Notes: a model not told the origin generated them from the letters alone. 64,000 nucleotides of DNA from Eledone cirrhosa (GCA_964016885.1 OZ024757.1:31310001-31374000); one strand, 5' to 3'; shown: positions 42,866 through 55,755, counted from the stretch's first letter. Numbers and translations are program-made.

Positions 42866-43509
42866 TACCCCCACTTTCCATTCCATAAAGTTCGCTCGGC
42901 AAGATCTCTAGACCTCATTCGCTTCCAGAGTGTATCTCGTCAAATCGGACCGAGGAAACAATGCTTCAATTAGTCTTTCTATTGCTGATACGATCTACTC
43001 CGAATCTCGAATAAGTGTCCCATCCCCCCTCTCGCTCTTATTAAATTTTGCTAATCTATCTCCAGCGAAATTTTATTTTAAGTGGTAGCATTCCTGCGAC
43101 AATTAATTTTCTTTATACAGTAAAAAAAAAAAACATTATACATGGCAAAAAAGTACATTATTAGAAATCGCTTACGTTATGAAATAAATAGGCTGGGTTG
43201 GCGTCTCAATTTGTAAACTAAACGATTAATTCTCGTTTCTAAAAAAAAAAAATCAACTGATTTTCCACCCCCACTTATTCCAACCCCCCCCCCCCCCCCC
43301 CCTCGTTTATTCCAACATCTCCCCCTGTTATTTGAGACCCGGGACACCAGTCGTAACTCCTGGCAGAATCATTTCCAAGTAAAACTTTAAAAAAAGTTAA
43401 TGAAGTCTTGACGGAAAAGGAATGTATCTGTTCACACTGCTGCTGCTACTACTGCTGTTGTTGTTGTTGCTGTTTTTGTGTCTCAATTCCGTGGCTGGAA
43501 CTTTGTTTC

Positions 43510-44395
43510 TATATTAGAATACAGCAAGTCCCCCCGTACGAATATATACATATTAGAATACAGCAAGTCCCCACCGTACGAATATATACATATTAGAATA
43601 CAGCAAGTCTCCACCGTACGAACAGTCTCGCGAAGAAAGAAAAGAGAATTGAAAAAGTATTTTTTCTTTAACAATTTATTGTCATTAGATTTATAGTATT
43701 TATTTTCACTACTACATGTTATATACCTCTATATACTATGTTATATTACATGTTATATATATATCTCTATATACTGTATATATACCTCTATATTATATGT
43801 TGTATATATACATCTATATTATATGTTATATATATACATCTATATTATATGTTATATATATATCTCTATATACTGTATATATACCTTTATATTACATGGT
43901 ATATATACCTCTATATACTGTATATATACTTCTGTATTACATGTTATATATACCTCTATATACTGTATATATACTTCTGTATTACATGTTATATATACCT
44001 CTATATACTGTATATATACTTCTGTATTACATGTTATATATACCTCTATATTACATGTTATATATATATCTCTATATACTGCGTATATACCTTTATATTA
44101 CATGTTATATATACCTCTATATACTGTATATATACCTCTATATTACATGTTATATATACCTCTATATTACATGTTATATATATATATCTATATACTGTAT
44201 ATATATACCTTTATATTACATGTTATATATACTTCTATATACTGTATATATATCACTCATATAGAAACCTGTAGTATCAATGTAATATATATGGTCTTAC
44301 TGGGACGTACTGTGTTAGACGATCAATTTACGAACAAATCAACTGACAGCCTCTTGGAACGTAAACTCGTTCGTAATTTAGCGACTTACTCTACA
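43510..44395. mobile_element. Possible decayed pogo/Tigger-like MITE with a triplicated left end and an internal AT minisatellite
   Basis: Three copies of atattagaatacagcaagtcYccaccgtacgaa (43511-43622). A candidate right TIR gttcgtaatttagcgacttactcta lies at about 44369-44393. A 20/41-bp minisatellite spans 43712-44252. Confidence 0.4.
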
Positions 44396-44703
44396 TAAGA
44401 AGGAATCACTGTCATAAGAAGGAACGACTCGTGACAAACCTGCGAGTGTGCTGGCTTGATTGCTTTAGATATATTAGAGGGAAGCTCCTACGCCCCTTGT
44501 GTTTGATTCAGTGGGGCTGTTCTCCCCCCACCATTTTCCTTTTTATTATTCCTCCTTTTTTACTTTAATGGTATCCCCTCCCCCGGGCTTTCTTCCTTGT
44601 TGTTCTCTCCTTCTCATTATTTTTTTCTTCTTTTATTAGTCTTGCATGTATCTGTATAGTCTTAGTCATTATATAAATGTTATTAAACATTCAAAGATTT
44701 ATA

Positions 44704-44805
44704 CAGGGCGACCCCCAAAAATGTATACACACTTCAACAGCATTCTAATAAATATTGCCTGTACAGGTAATCAAAGTGTGTATACATTTTGGGAGGTACA
44801 CCCTG
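44704..44805. mobile_element. About 100-bp Tc1/mariner-type MITE
   Basis: TA|cagggcgacccccaaaaatgtatacacactt..aagtgtgtatacattttgggaggtacaccctg|TA. Confidence 0.8.
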
Positions 44806-45160
44806 TATATACAAAGAGGTACATACGTACATAATACATAGTTGATTTTCTCTCTCTCTCTCTCTTTGTAGGTTAGGCATTTTAAAAGTTTTCGTCAAAG
44901 AAAACAGTGGAAATCAGACCAAATAAAATTTCAAAAGTAAAATAAAACAACATAGAAATCTGCGAATCAAAACAAAATCGAAAACTGATTGAATAAAAAA
45001 AAAAAAAATCCAAACCAGAAAAGACAAAATAAAAAAAAAACCCTCAAAAACAGTGAATTTCACTGACTGATTTCACTGATCAAGCAAGGTGAAATGTGGT
45101 TGATTTTTTGATACTTCGATTGGAGAATTTCGATTTGGTTTTTATTGGTTTCAAACGAAG

Positions 45161-45356
45161 ATGTCGTTAGCGAGTAACGTTTTGTTATTTTCTTTGATTG
45201 TGAGCGTCGTTCAGTTGAGTAGATCAGAAGAGAAACCGTCCTACTGGTACCATCACGACTATCCAAACCCACGGACGGAACAGGAGAGATGTGGCCGAGA
45301 ATCAACGAAACCTTCGTGGCTCTGTGATCCAGATAAACTTTTGACAAACGCAGAAG
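45161..45356 (+). CDS. First coding exon of a secreted or membrane MOLO-1-like (TPM-domain) protein
   Basis: MSLASNVLLFSLIVSVVQLSRS is signal-peptide-like. W..HDYPNP....RCGR....SWLCDPDKLL matches the N-terminal motif of the MOLO-1 family. Donor AG|GTAAG at 45356/45357 (phase 1). Polypyrimidine acceptor tttgtag ends at 44871, so the exon is probably 44872-45356. Confidence 0.85.
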
Positions 45357-45415
45357 GTAAGCATCATAGAATGTTGTTGTTGTTGTGTTACCATGTTATT
45401 ATATATGTATTTGGC

Positions 45416-45640
45416 AAGGGGCGGTGGATTGACAGAATCGGTAGAGCGTCGGATATCATGCTTTGCAGCATAGTGTTACGGCCCTTTACGTTCTGAGTTC
45501 AAATCCCGTCGAGGTTAACTTTACCTTTCATCCTTACAGGGTCGATAAAATAAAGTACCAGTAATGCACTGGTGTCGATTTAATCGACTTTCCCCTCTCC
45601 CCAAATTGCTCTGCCTTGTGCCTATAGTAGAAACAATTAT
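45416..45640 (+). mobile_element. SINE family A, full length, intronic
   Basis: Head, B-box and body. A minus-strand partial copy lies at 45840-45926. Confidence 0.85.
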
Positions 45641-45989
45641 ATATGTATTGTATTGTATAGTCCCGTCCCGTAACTCCTGAAGGAGTCGATAACGCGCCGT
45701 ATTGATATACGGCACCTCTATGGCATTTCAAAACCTGGCAGAGCCCATCCCCTCTGCAGGTCTGAATACAGGAGACTTATTCCAAAGAAGGTATGAGAGA
45801 GAGTAAGAGAATGAAAGTGAGAAAGTGATATAGAGGAAGAATCGACCCCAGTACTCCACTGGTACTTTTTTATCTACTTCGAATGGATGAAAGGCAAAGT
45901 TGACCTCGGCGGGATTTGAACTCAGAGAGCCGAAACGAAACGCAAAGTAGTCTAACCTACATTCTTGGAGATAATTCGCCCATATATAT

Positions 45990-46082
45990 ATTGGATTCGC
46001 AATCGTGATGTTGTGAGTTCAATTTTCGGACCGGGCGATGCATTATGTCCTTGGGCAAGACACTTTATTTCACGTTGCTCCT
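45990..46082 (+). mobile_element. Fragment of a second tRNA-derived SINE family
   Basis: gagttcaatt B-box-like sequence followed by tgtccttgggcaagacactttatttcac. Confidence 0.55.
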
Positions 46083-46197
46083 TCTACCTGGAGTTGTGAC
46101 CGATAGATAGTATTAGCAATTGGAAAGACCAATGGAAACATTGTTTCCTCGGTCCGATTTGACGAAAAGTCGGCTTTTGAAGCGATGAGAATATGTG

Positions 46198-46477
46198 TAA
46201 TTATATAAGTATAAAGAAAGTCCTTAAGCGCCGAATTGCTATAAAAATAGCTTATAAAATAGGGTGAACACCTTTAAAAGACGGAAAAAGAATTTATCAA
46301 CGACCACCATGCGGAATTGAACCCCATATTTTCCAGATAGCGGCTAGGAAGATATAGGGTTTCAATTCCACGTAGCGGTCGTTGGCAAATTTTTTCCCGT
46401 CTTTTAAGGGTCTTCACTGTATTTTATAGTCTTTACAGCATTTCTGCGCTTGGACACTTTATACTCATATAATTATA
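46198..46477. mobile_element. Imperfect 280-bp fold-back element (MITE-like)
   Basis: Arms of about 135 bp pair from taattatataagtataaag to ctttatactcatataatta. A single-arm homolog lies at about 55300-55432. Confidence 0.7.
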
Positions 46478-46691
46478 TATATATATATAAGTATGTATAC
46501 GTACATACATATATGTATACAGACGTACAGTAGTATGTAAATATACATACATGCACACATATATATATGTACGTATGGATTCACCGAACATTTATTATAA
46601 TGCTCGGTGTGTTTGTAAACAAACATCCCGAATTAAGCCGTATAGTGTCTAGCAACCATCGTTGCTCATTTGTTCAACACTGACAAAGGAA

Positions 46692-46732
46692 CGCTGTACT
46701 AGTTTCAAGCTTATTAGCTATCGTCAGCAACA
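46692..46732 (-). ncRNA. Minimal type I HHR, intact core
   Basis: tgttg CTGACGA t agct aata agct t GAAA ctag T A cagcg. Palindromic stem III, GUA site. Confidence 0.8.
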
Positions 46733-46855
46733 TATACCTTCCTGCCAGATGATTGAACGTCTGAAAGTATATACTTTCCTTATGCATATTAACGGCTGAG
46801 CAGCCTAATTTGCATATCGAGTGAGTTAATCGGCCGGGTGCACAGGAAAGTATAC

Positions 46856-46894
46856 GTTGCTGACGATAGCTAATAACCTTGAAACTAGTACAGC
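46856..46894 (+). ncRNA. Minimal type I HHR, intact core, one stem II mismatch
   Basis: gttg CTGACGA tagctaataacctt GAAA ctag T A cagc. Confidence 0.72.
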
Positions 46895-47195
46895 ATTCCT
46901 TTGTCAGTGTTGAACAAATGAGCAACGATGGTTGCTAGACACTGTACGGCCTAATTCGGGATGTTTTTTTACAAACACACCGAGCATTATAATAAATGTT
47001 CGGTGAATACATACGTACATATATATATGTGTGCATGTATGTATATATATATATATATACATACTACTGTACGCCTGTACACATACATGTATGTACGTAT
47101 ACATACTTATATTTAAGTAACAGCCGTACTAAGAGTGAGAAATGAAATTTCGTTTCATTTTTTCCGTTTATTATATATATATATATATTCTATTC

Positions 47196-47445
47196 TAAGG
47201 CGGGTAAAATTCCCGAGATCCATGGACGAGTTCTCTCCAGCGGTCTCTGTCCCTCATTATCGCTGCCATGTCCTGCGTCTCCAATAGACCAGTGTCTGTC
47301 CTTAGGGCATCAACATACGTTAACCTTGGTCTTCCTCTTCTAGTGTGTCCATGTAGGGGCTCCCAAAGGAGCACTGAGTGCAATGTCAACTCTGGATGTC
47401 GGTGAGCATGTCCAGCTAACCTCAGTCTCCTCTGTGTCACTTTTG
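47196..47445 (-). mobile_element. RTE LINE 3' fragment with an open C-terminal frame
   Basis: [79 protein letters not shown]. Confidence 0.85.
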
Positions 47446-47481
47446 ATTTTTATCATATATATATATATATATAAAATTATA

Positions 47482-47940
47482 ATTTTTCGATCCTTCTCAA
47501 AACACACTTTTCATACAGATTTGTTTCGACACTGTCAAAAATACACATTTCATAGAGATTTTTTTTTTTTCGACCTTTCAAAAATATTTTTTTAGACACT
47601 TTCAAAGACTCACATTTCATATAGACTTTTTTTTAACACTTTCAAAAACACACATTTCATATAGATTTTATTTCGACCTTTCACAAAACACACTTTTCAT
47701 ACAGATTTTTTTCCGACCTTCCACAAAACACGTTTTTTGTATAGATTTTTTTTTCGACAATTTCAAAGCCATACTTTTCATATAGAATTTTTCGACATTT
47801 CAAAAAAAGCGCTTTTCATATAAATTTTGTGTCGTTACTTTCAAAAGCTCACATTTCATATAGATTTATTTTCGACACTTTCAAAAATACATATTTCATA
47901 TAGATTGTTTTTTTACCGTTCTCAAAGCATACTTTTCATC
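47482..47940. repeat. Degenerate minisatellite, about 38-42 bp unit
   Basis: ttcgacactttcaaaaacacacatttcatatagatttt, about 11 copies. Confidence 0.85.
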
Positions 47941-48133
47941 TTTCACCAAACACAAGGCTATACACTTCTCCATTGCAAATCCTAGCGCTGCATGTTTGGC
48001 TATGGCTTGCATTGGCGTGACAGTGCATGACCCCGCTCGCTTCGCAAGGCCTACCTTTGTGTGCCTAGCTATTGATTCCATTGGCTATAGCAGTCATCAT
48101 CATCACCACCATGTACACACACACATATATATA

Positions 48134-48282
48134 CTGGTGGCTTAGTTCGGATCTAGCTGTCGAAACGCTGGAGTTCAGCCGTCGGGGTCCTGGATCTTTT
48201 CCTATTACCCACTCTACTACCCTAAGTATTGAGTACTCTGGCGCATTATGGTCCACCTGGTATCTTACCACACCCTCTTTCT

Positions 48283-48284
<2 letters not shown>
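48134..48284 (+). mobile_element. HHR 3' half plus tail family (other copies at 39497-39556+, 54295-54367-, 55053-55232-, 57292-57481+)
   Basis: Shared tail actctactaccctaagtattgagtactctgg..cattatggtccacctgg..cttaccacac ending at (TA)n. Upstream GAAA cg(g)ctg gagtt cagccg TC. Confidence 0.75.
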
Positions 48285-48334
<50 letters not shown>

Positions 48335-48576
48335 CATATATATGAAGGGCAACTTTTATTCTCTTGTTTACGTCCCTATTACCTTCTTACACTATATATA
48401 TATATAGTAATAATAATAAATTTGAAGACTAAAATCCAAAGAGGGCTCGATAAGGATAAATATATATCAAATATATAAGAACCCTAGAGCAAATATATAT
48501 CAAAATAACAGATTAAAGTTTAAGCAAAGAATCGCTGCTTTCACCCGTAACGTGATCTTCTGAAACTCAATAAACG

Positions 48577-48621
<45 letters not shown>

Positions 48622-48626
<5 letters not shown>

Positions 48627-48930
48627 AAATAACACGAGGCTGGACTGGTGTAAATCCTTGAAAGGTTTATTATACTATGATCATTTCAATGACAGAGTTC
48701 AGTATGAATCCGGTGATATCATCAGGTATTCAAAATATAACAAAGGAATATAATAGACAAGATCCATGGGGCTGAAAATCAGAGACAAGAGGACGACCGA
48801 CTATTTAGCAGCTTCTACCTCAGTCGGCCGCCCTCGAGCTGCATTACGGTGAGTGCTCTCCATAATATTACATCGAGATTGACCATACGGAATGACCAGT
48901 CCTATCCAGTGGTAAACAAACAAACCTAAT
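48622..48930. mobile_element. Penelope-like terminus: inverted HHR segment plus forward tail, inside (TA)n
   Basis: HHR on the minus strand. Plus-strand tail with tgagtgctc ends at (TA)n. Confidence 0.6.
48672..48729 (-). ncRNA. Type I HHR, intact core
   Basis: atac CTGATGA t atcaccgga ttca tac tgaa ctctgtcat t GAAA tgatca T A gtat. Palindromic stem III. Confidence 0.72.
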
Positions 48931-48988
48931 TATATATATATATATATATATATATTTATAATTATATATATATATATATACAGTTCGT

Positions 48989-49404
48989 CTTCGTCGATTT
49001 ATGGACAAACTGTAGTATAATAATTAGTATACTTCGTCGATATGGACAAACTGTAGTATAATAATTAGTATACTTCGTCGATATGGACAAACTGTAGTAT
49101 AATAATTAGTATACTTCGTCGATATGGACAAACTGTAGTATAATAATTAGTATACTTCGTCGATATGGACAAACTGTAGTATAATAATTAGTATACTTCG
49201 TCGATATGGACAAACTGTAGTATAATAATTAGTATACTTCGTCGATATGGACAAACTGTAGTATAATAATTAGTATACTTCGTCGATATGGACAAACTGT
49301 AGTATAATAATTAGTATACTTCGTCGATATGGACAAACTGTAGTATAATAATTAGTATACTTCGTCGATATGGACAAACTGTAGTATAATAATTAGTATA
49401 CTTC
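48989..49404. repeat. 41-bp tandem repeat, 10 copies (nine identical)
   Basis: cttcgtcgatatggacaaactgtagtataataattagtata starting at 49032, 49073 and onward to 49360. No spacers. Confidence 0.97.
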
Positions 49405-50953
49405 AATCTGGCTAAATTTTTCTTTTGCAATATATATACAGATGTGTTGGTATCTGTGTTTCATCACGTACATATTAATTTATATATATATATATATATA
49501 TAATGGAGAGAGAGAGAGAGAGAGTTTGAAAACCGAAGATCATTACTGCTATTTTGTGGATATTTATATTTCACAAGATCCTTTTTTATTGGAGAAGGTC
49601 AGAAGTTTTTAATATATTTTATAATACGTATTTTCACTTTACAGTTTTACAGTGAATGACATACACAGAAATAGAGAAGATTTACAAAATATATATTTAT
49701 TCGATTTAAGAATTAAATGATGTTATTGTAGTTGTCTGTGGGCGCCTGTGTCTTTTCTGACAAACTATATTTTTAGAACCAGTCAACCAATGTGTGTGTT
49801 TATGTCTGTGTGTGTGTATATATATATACATATACATATATATATATATATATGTATATATATACATATACATATATATATATATATATATGTCTATATA
49901 TATGTATGTATATATATATGTGTGTATAGATATTTATATATGACTATATGTATATATATATGAATATATATCTATATGTATATGTATATATATGACTACA
50001 TATATATATGTATATATATATGACTATATATATATGACTATATATATATGACTATATATATATATGTATATATATATGACTATATATATATATGTATATA
50101 TATATGACTATATATATATATGTATATATATATGACTATATATATATGTATATATATATAACTATATATATATATGTATATATATATAACTATATATATG
50201 TATATATATATAACTATATATATGTATATATATATAACTATATATATGTATATATATATAACTATATATATGTATATATATATAACTATATATATGTATA
50301 TATATATAACTATATATATGTATATATATATAACTATATATATGTATATATATATAACTATATAAATGAGACGTATAGAGATTGTATATATGTGTGTATA
50401 TATAACTATATATATGTATATATATATAACTATATATATGTATATATATATGACTATATATATGTATATATATATGACTACATATGTGTATATATATATG
50501 TATATATATATGTGTATATATATATGTATATATATATGTGTATATATGTATGTATATATATGTGTATATATGTATATATATATATGTGTATATATGTATA
50601 TATATGTGAATATATATATATACATATATATGCATATATGTGTGTGTGTATATATGAGTGTGTGTGTATATATATATGTGCATATCTGTATATATGTGTG
50701 TATATATATGGATGCATATATGTGTGTGTATATATATATGTGCATATCTGTATATATGTGTGTATATATATGGATGCATATATATGTGTGCATATATATG
50801 TGTGCATATATATGTGTGTGTGTGTGTGTGTGTATAGATGGGGGGTGCATGTATTTACTTATACGAGCTATTTACTAATGAGTTTCCAATAATTTTCCAA
50901 GCATATATATATATATATGTGTGTATGTGTGCGTGCATGTATGCAATGCAAGG

Positions 50954-50994
<41 letters not shown>

Positions 50995-51264
50995 TGTGTG
51001 TGTATGTGTAGGGAGTGCCGTTAGGTGGTACAGTTTCTTCTCCTGGCTAATATAATTAACTGTACAGTATATTGTGAGCTGTGGACCCAGCAGGGAACAA
51101 TTACTCTATATACACACGTACACACTCATACACATACATATACACATACATACACACGCATACACACATATATGTACATACACACATATATGTACATACA
51201 TGCATATATATACATATCTATATATATATATATATACCAACACGTGTATATATATATATATACT

Positions 51265-51295
<31 letters not shown>

Positions 51296-51378
51296 TTACA
51301 TATATATGTATATATATGTATATATATACTTACATATATATATATATATACTTACATATATATATATATATATATACT

Positions 51379-51410
<32 letters not shown>

Positions 51411-51622
51411 CTTACATATGTATATATATATATGTATACTTACATATATATGTATATATATATATATACTTACATATGTATATATATATATATATATATA
51501 TACTTACATATGTGTATATATATATATATATACTTACATATGTATATATATATATACTTACATATGTATATATATATATATATATATACTTACATATATA
51601 TATATATATGGATACTTACATA

Positions 51623-51681
<59 letters not shown>

Positions 51682-51919
51682 TTACATATATATATATATA
51701 TATGTGTGTGTATATGTATATATATATGTCTGTATATGTATATATATATGTGTGGGTGTGTGCGTGTGTACATATATATGTATACATATATATGTATATA
51801 TATATGTATATGTGTATATATATATATATATACACATATATATATATATGTGTATATATATATATATATATACTTACATATATATATATATGTGTATATA
51901 TATATATATATATACTTAC

Positions 51920-51951
<32 letters not shown>

Positions 51952-52555
51952 CTTTATATATATACTTACATATATATACTTACATATATATACATATATA
52001 TACGCGTACACATGCAAACGCATACACATGCATGCATATAAATACATACATACATACATACATACATAGACACACATACACACACTATTCCTAGTGCCAT
52101 CCTGTGATTGGCTGCAAATGAGCCAGTGAATGATTACATCAGATAAAGATGGAGTCCAGAGAAACACTGTGTTAGCAAACGCCTGTCATTTATACACACG
52201 AGTGGATATATATATATATATATTATATATATATGTATATATAATGTATATATATGTATATATATATATGTATATATAATGTATATATATGTATATATAA
52301 TGTATATATGTGTATATATTTATATATGTGTATATATGTATGTGTATGTATATATATATGTATATATAATGTGTATATGTATGTATATATATATATATAT
52401 GTATATATAATGTGTATATGTATATGTATATATAATGTGTATATGTATGTATATATATATATGTATATATGTGTATATGTATGTATATATATGTGTATAT
52501 ATATATATAATGTATATGTGTGTGTATATATATCTATCTAATGTATATATGTGTG

Positions 52556-52588
<33 letters not shown>

Positions 52589-52626
52589 ATATATATGTAT
52601 ATACATATGTATATATATATATATAC

Positions 52627-52671
<45 letters not shown>

Positions 52672-52675
52672 TATG

Positions 52676-52719
<44 letters not shown>

Positions 52720-52783
52720 TATGTATATATATATATATATATATACATATGTATATGTATATATATATATATATATACATATG

Positions 52784-52822
<39 letters not shown>

Positions 52823-52846
52823 GTATATATATATATATATATATAC

Positions 52847-52954
<108 letters not shown>

Positions 52955-52978
52955 GTATATATATATATATATATATAC

Positions 52979-53060
<82 letters not shown>

Positions 53061-53441
53061 GTATATATATATATATATGTATATGTATATCAATCATCAC
53101 CTGCTGCTCGGATTGACAATTTCATTTCATTCTTCAAATTTCCAATATCAATTTAATTAATGTATGGCGAATGTTCATTACATACATCCATAGACATCCA
53201 CTCACACACATACATATACACATATATACATAGACACACTCACACACGTACATACATACATATATATATGTATATATATATACATACATACGTACAAATA
53301 CATTTATATACAAATGTGTACATACACCTACACTCACACAGGAATATATATATATATATATGTGTGTGTGTATGTGTGTGTTAACGAGGTCCCGTTTAAG
53401 GCAATCTAAGTAGAGGTTATTGTGCAGGCGATCTATGTCAT

Positions 53442-53482
<41 letters not shown>

Positions 53483-53494
<12 letters not shown>

Positions 53495-53646
53495 GAATAA
53501 TCGAGTATCGAAAAATCGGCGCACGAGTTCACGATAAACAAAATTCGAAATGAGCGGCAGAGGGCTCAATAATTCAGATAAATCAGAGCTATAACTATCG
53601 TTAAAATACCGACACACATAGAACATGTCTAAAATCAACCATACGA
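53483..53646 (-). mobile_element. Retroelement tail, paralog of 2908-3062
   Basis: Reverse-complement homology, with the same bulged hairpin. Confidence 0.75.
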
Positions 53647-53699
53647 CCGAAAAATTACGATCTGATATAACTGGATTACCTATAACGATAAGTTGTTAT

Positions 53700-53767
<68 letters not shown>

Positions 53768-54242
53768 GGATAACAACTTATCGTTATAGGTAATCCAGGT
53801 AAAGGTTGTGAGTACTCTGCGTCGTGGATAGTTTTAACGTACGGCTTTGTTTGACTCAACAAGATGCTTCCATAGTTATGCAGGTTATACTTGGAGTAAT
53901 AATAGTTAAAGAAAGAAGAGTAACATGGTTGGCTGTACAATAAGGGCTTTATTTAAAGTACTGACAATTGTTTCGTTGATCAGGTGAGTCTAGAGTTCGC
54001 TAATCGCCTGAGGTTTTGCCATTCGATCTCCAATACATTATTTACCCCCGGTCAACACATCAGAATACGTAGATATGAAAGTAATTCACTCGAGGCAAGA
54101 CTTATATAGAAAAATAGCGTATAATCGAAACAATAAAATCAATAAGGCGATTAGCGAACTCTAGACTCACCTGATCAACGAAACAATTGTCAGTACTTTA
54201 AATAAAGCCCTTGTACAGCCAACCTTGTTAATCTTCATTCTT

Positions 54243-54249
<7 letters not shown>
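53768..54249 (-). mobile_element. Penelope-like terminus with 105-bp inverted arms and tail
   Basis: 53902-54009 versus 54145-54249 are reverse complements. The tail 53768-53901 has the bulged hairpin at 53854-53897. Its last 31 bp are mirrored at 53671-53701 across (TA)n. Confidence 0.8.
53958..54068 (-). ncRNA. Type I HHR with an about 60-nt stem II insertion (A9U substitution)
   Basis: gtatt CTGATGT gttgaccggggg..cacctgatcaac GAAA caattg TC agtac. Confidence 0.65.
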
Positions 54250-54295
<46 letters not shown>

Positions 54296-54474
54296 CGTGG
54301 GAAATGTGGTAAGGAACCAGGTGGACCATAACGCACCAAAGTACTCAATACTTAGGGTAGTAGAGTCTATATATATTAGAAAGTGAGGTTTTTTTTTACA
54401 AAATGAAAAATAACCGAGGTGTCCTACACGAGTGAAAGTATAAAGAAAAACCACAGACCCTCCATCTCAACTCA

Positions 54475-54512
54475 CCTTTTGAAAATCAAAAGAACTGCGA
54501 AACCGGTAAAGG
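54475..54512 (+). ncRNA. Degenerate HHR remnant
   Basis: cctt TTGAAAA tcaaaagaactgc GAAA ccgg TA aagg. Two core substitutions. Confidence 0.4.
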
Positions 54513-54761
54513 AACCAAATAAATATATATATATTTTTTTAAAATAAGCATTCAGTTGCATTTTTGATTTCATCTCTTTTTCTTTATATATATATATATA
54601 TATAGTTTCGTTGACAAGTCTATCAAAATGCCCAGACATGCAGATATATTGCCCTTGGTATGACAGTGTGGTTTTAGCTCAATGCAGGATAACTAGTATA
54701 CTACAGAGCCGTTATAGTTATAGGAATAACCAAAGAGTGCTTAGAAATACATTGTTTTATT

Positions 54762-54808
54762 AGCTAACAGTGTTTCATCCATACACCATGGCAGGAATCA
54801 TCAGAGCC
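54762..54808 (-). ncRNA. Minimal type I HHR, intact core; relative of 16502-16547
   Basis: ggct CTGATGA t tcc tgccatggtgtat gga t GAAA c act g T T agct. The tail has the hairpin ggctc tgtag..ctgca tt gagct (54676-54710) and ends at (TA)n at about 54604. Confidence 0.75.
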
Positions 54809-54967
54809 TATAAACAAGAGTATATCAGTAGTTGCATGCTCCATCGAGCTGCGTCACCAGAACAAGGTTAAAGGACCAGCAGGGGGTCCCGAGGCCAGCG
54901 CTATATGGAAACAGACAGAACACATGATGCACATAATGTCATAAAATGTCTTAAAAATTAAAAAATT

Positions 54968-55040
<73 letters not shown>

Positions 55041-55052
55041 TATATGTATAAA

Positions 55053-55231
55053 CAAAGAAGGTATGGTTAGATACCAGATGGACCATAACGCACCAGAGTA
55101 CTCGATACTTAGGGTAGTAGGAAAAGAGTCAGGATCCCGACGGCTGAGCTCCAGCCGTTTCGACAGCTAGATCCAAACTAGCTGTCAAAACGTCGCCGGA
55201 GCTCAGCCGTCGGGGTCCTGACTCTTTTCCT

Positions 55232-55232
<1 letters not shown>
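55053..55232 (-). mobile_element. Fold-back (55118-55232) plus tail of the 48134 family
   Basis: Arms taggaaaagagtcaggatcccgacggctgagctcc..acagctag and ctagctgtc..ggagctcagccgtcggggtcctgactcttttccta. Confidence 0.75.
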
Positions 55233-55288
<56 letters not shown>

Positions 55289-55430
55289 GATATAGATATT
55301 CTAGCTGGTATCTTGAAGATATGGGGTTCAATCCCTCATAGCTGCCGATGGCAACTTCTTTTCTTATCTTTTAATGGTATCCACCCTATTTTATAAGCTA
55401 CCTTTATAGCATTTGTGTGCTTGAGCACTT

Positions 55431-55497
<67 letters not shown>

Positions 55498-55719
55498 TAC
55501 AATAATCAAAGTTCAGTTTAAGTCATTTATTTGCTTACAATTGTTTCCTCCAAACCGAGGTTTGGATTCTTCGGAGCAACTATTTACTATCACTATTTAG
55601 GGTTTGTGTATATATAATATATTACCATTAAAGGTTTTATTGCATACATAACCATAAATAGTACCCTTAATACTAATATATATATATAAAGAGAGAGAGA
55701 GACATATATACAGATAGAT

Positions 55720-55755
<36 letters not shown>

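Larger units (their letters stand above)
46486..47110. mobile_element. Fold-back element with 260-bp arms, each carrying an HHR
   Basis: 46486-46744 versus 46843-47110 are reverse complements with scattered substitutions. Confidence 0.85.

Noticed and set aside
45357-45496. C-terminal part of the 111-aa ORF 45161-45496
   Set aside because: Read-through past the GTAAG donor into the intron and a SINE.
48525-48570. Possible HHR on the minus strand (CAGAAGA..GAAAGCAGC)
   Set aside because: Too degenerate to call. Only the downstream tail hairpin (48445-48490) is retained as evidence.
48989-49404. CRISPR-like regular repeat
   Set aside because: The units are contiguous with no spacers, there are no cas genes, and the context is eukaryotic.
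49640-49720. Candidate second exon of the MOLO-1-like gene after ttttacag
   Set aside because: The phase-1 frame stops after about 22 codons with no family motif or donor.
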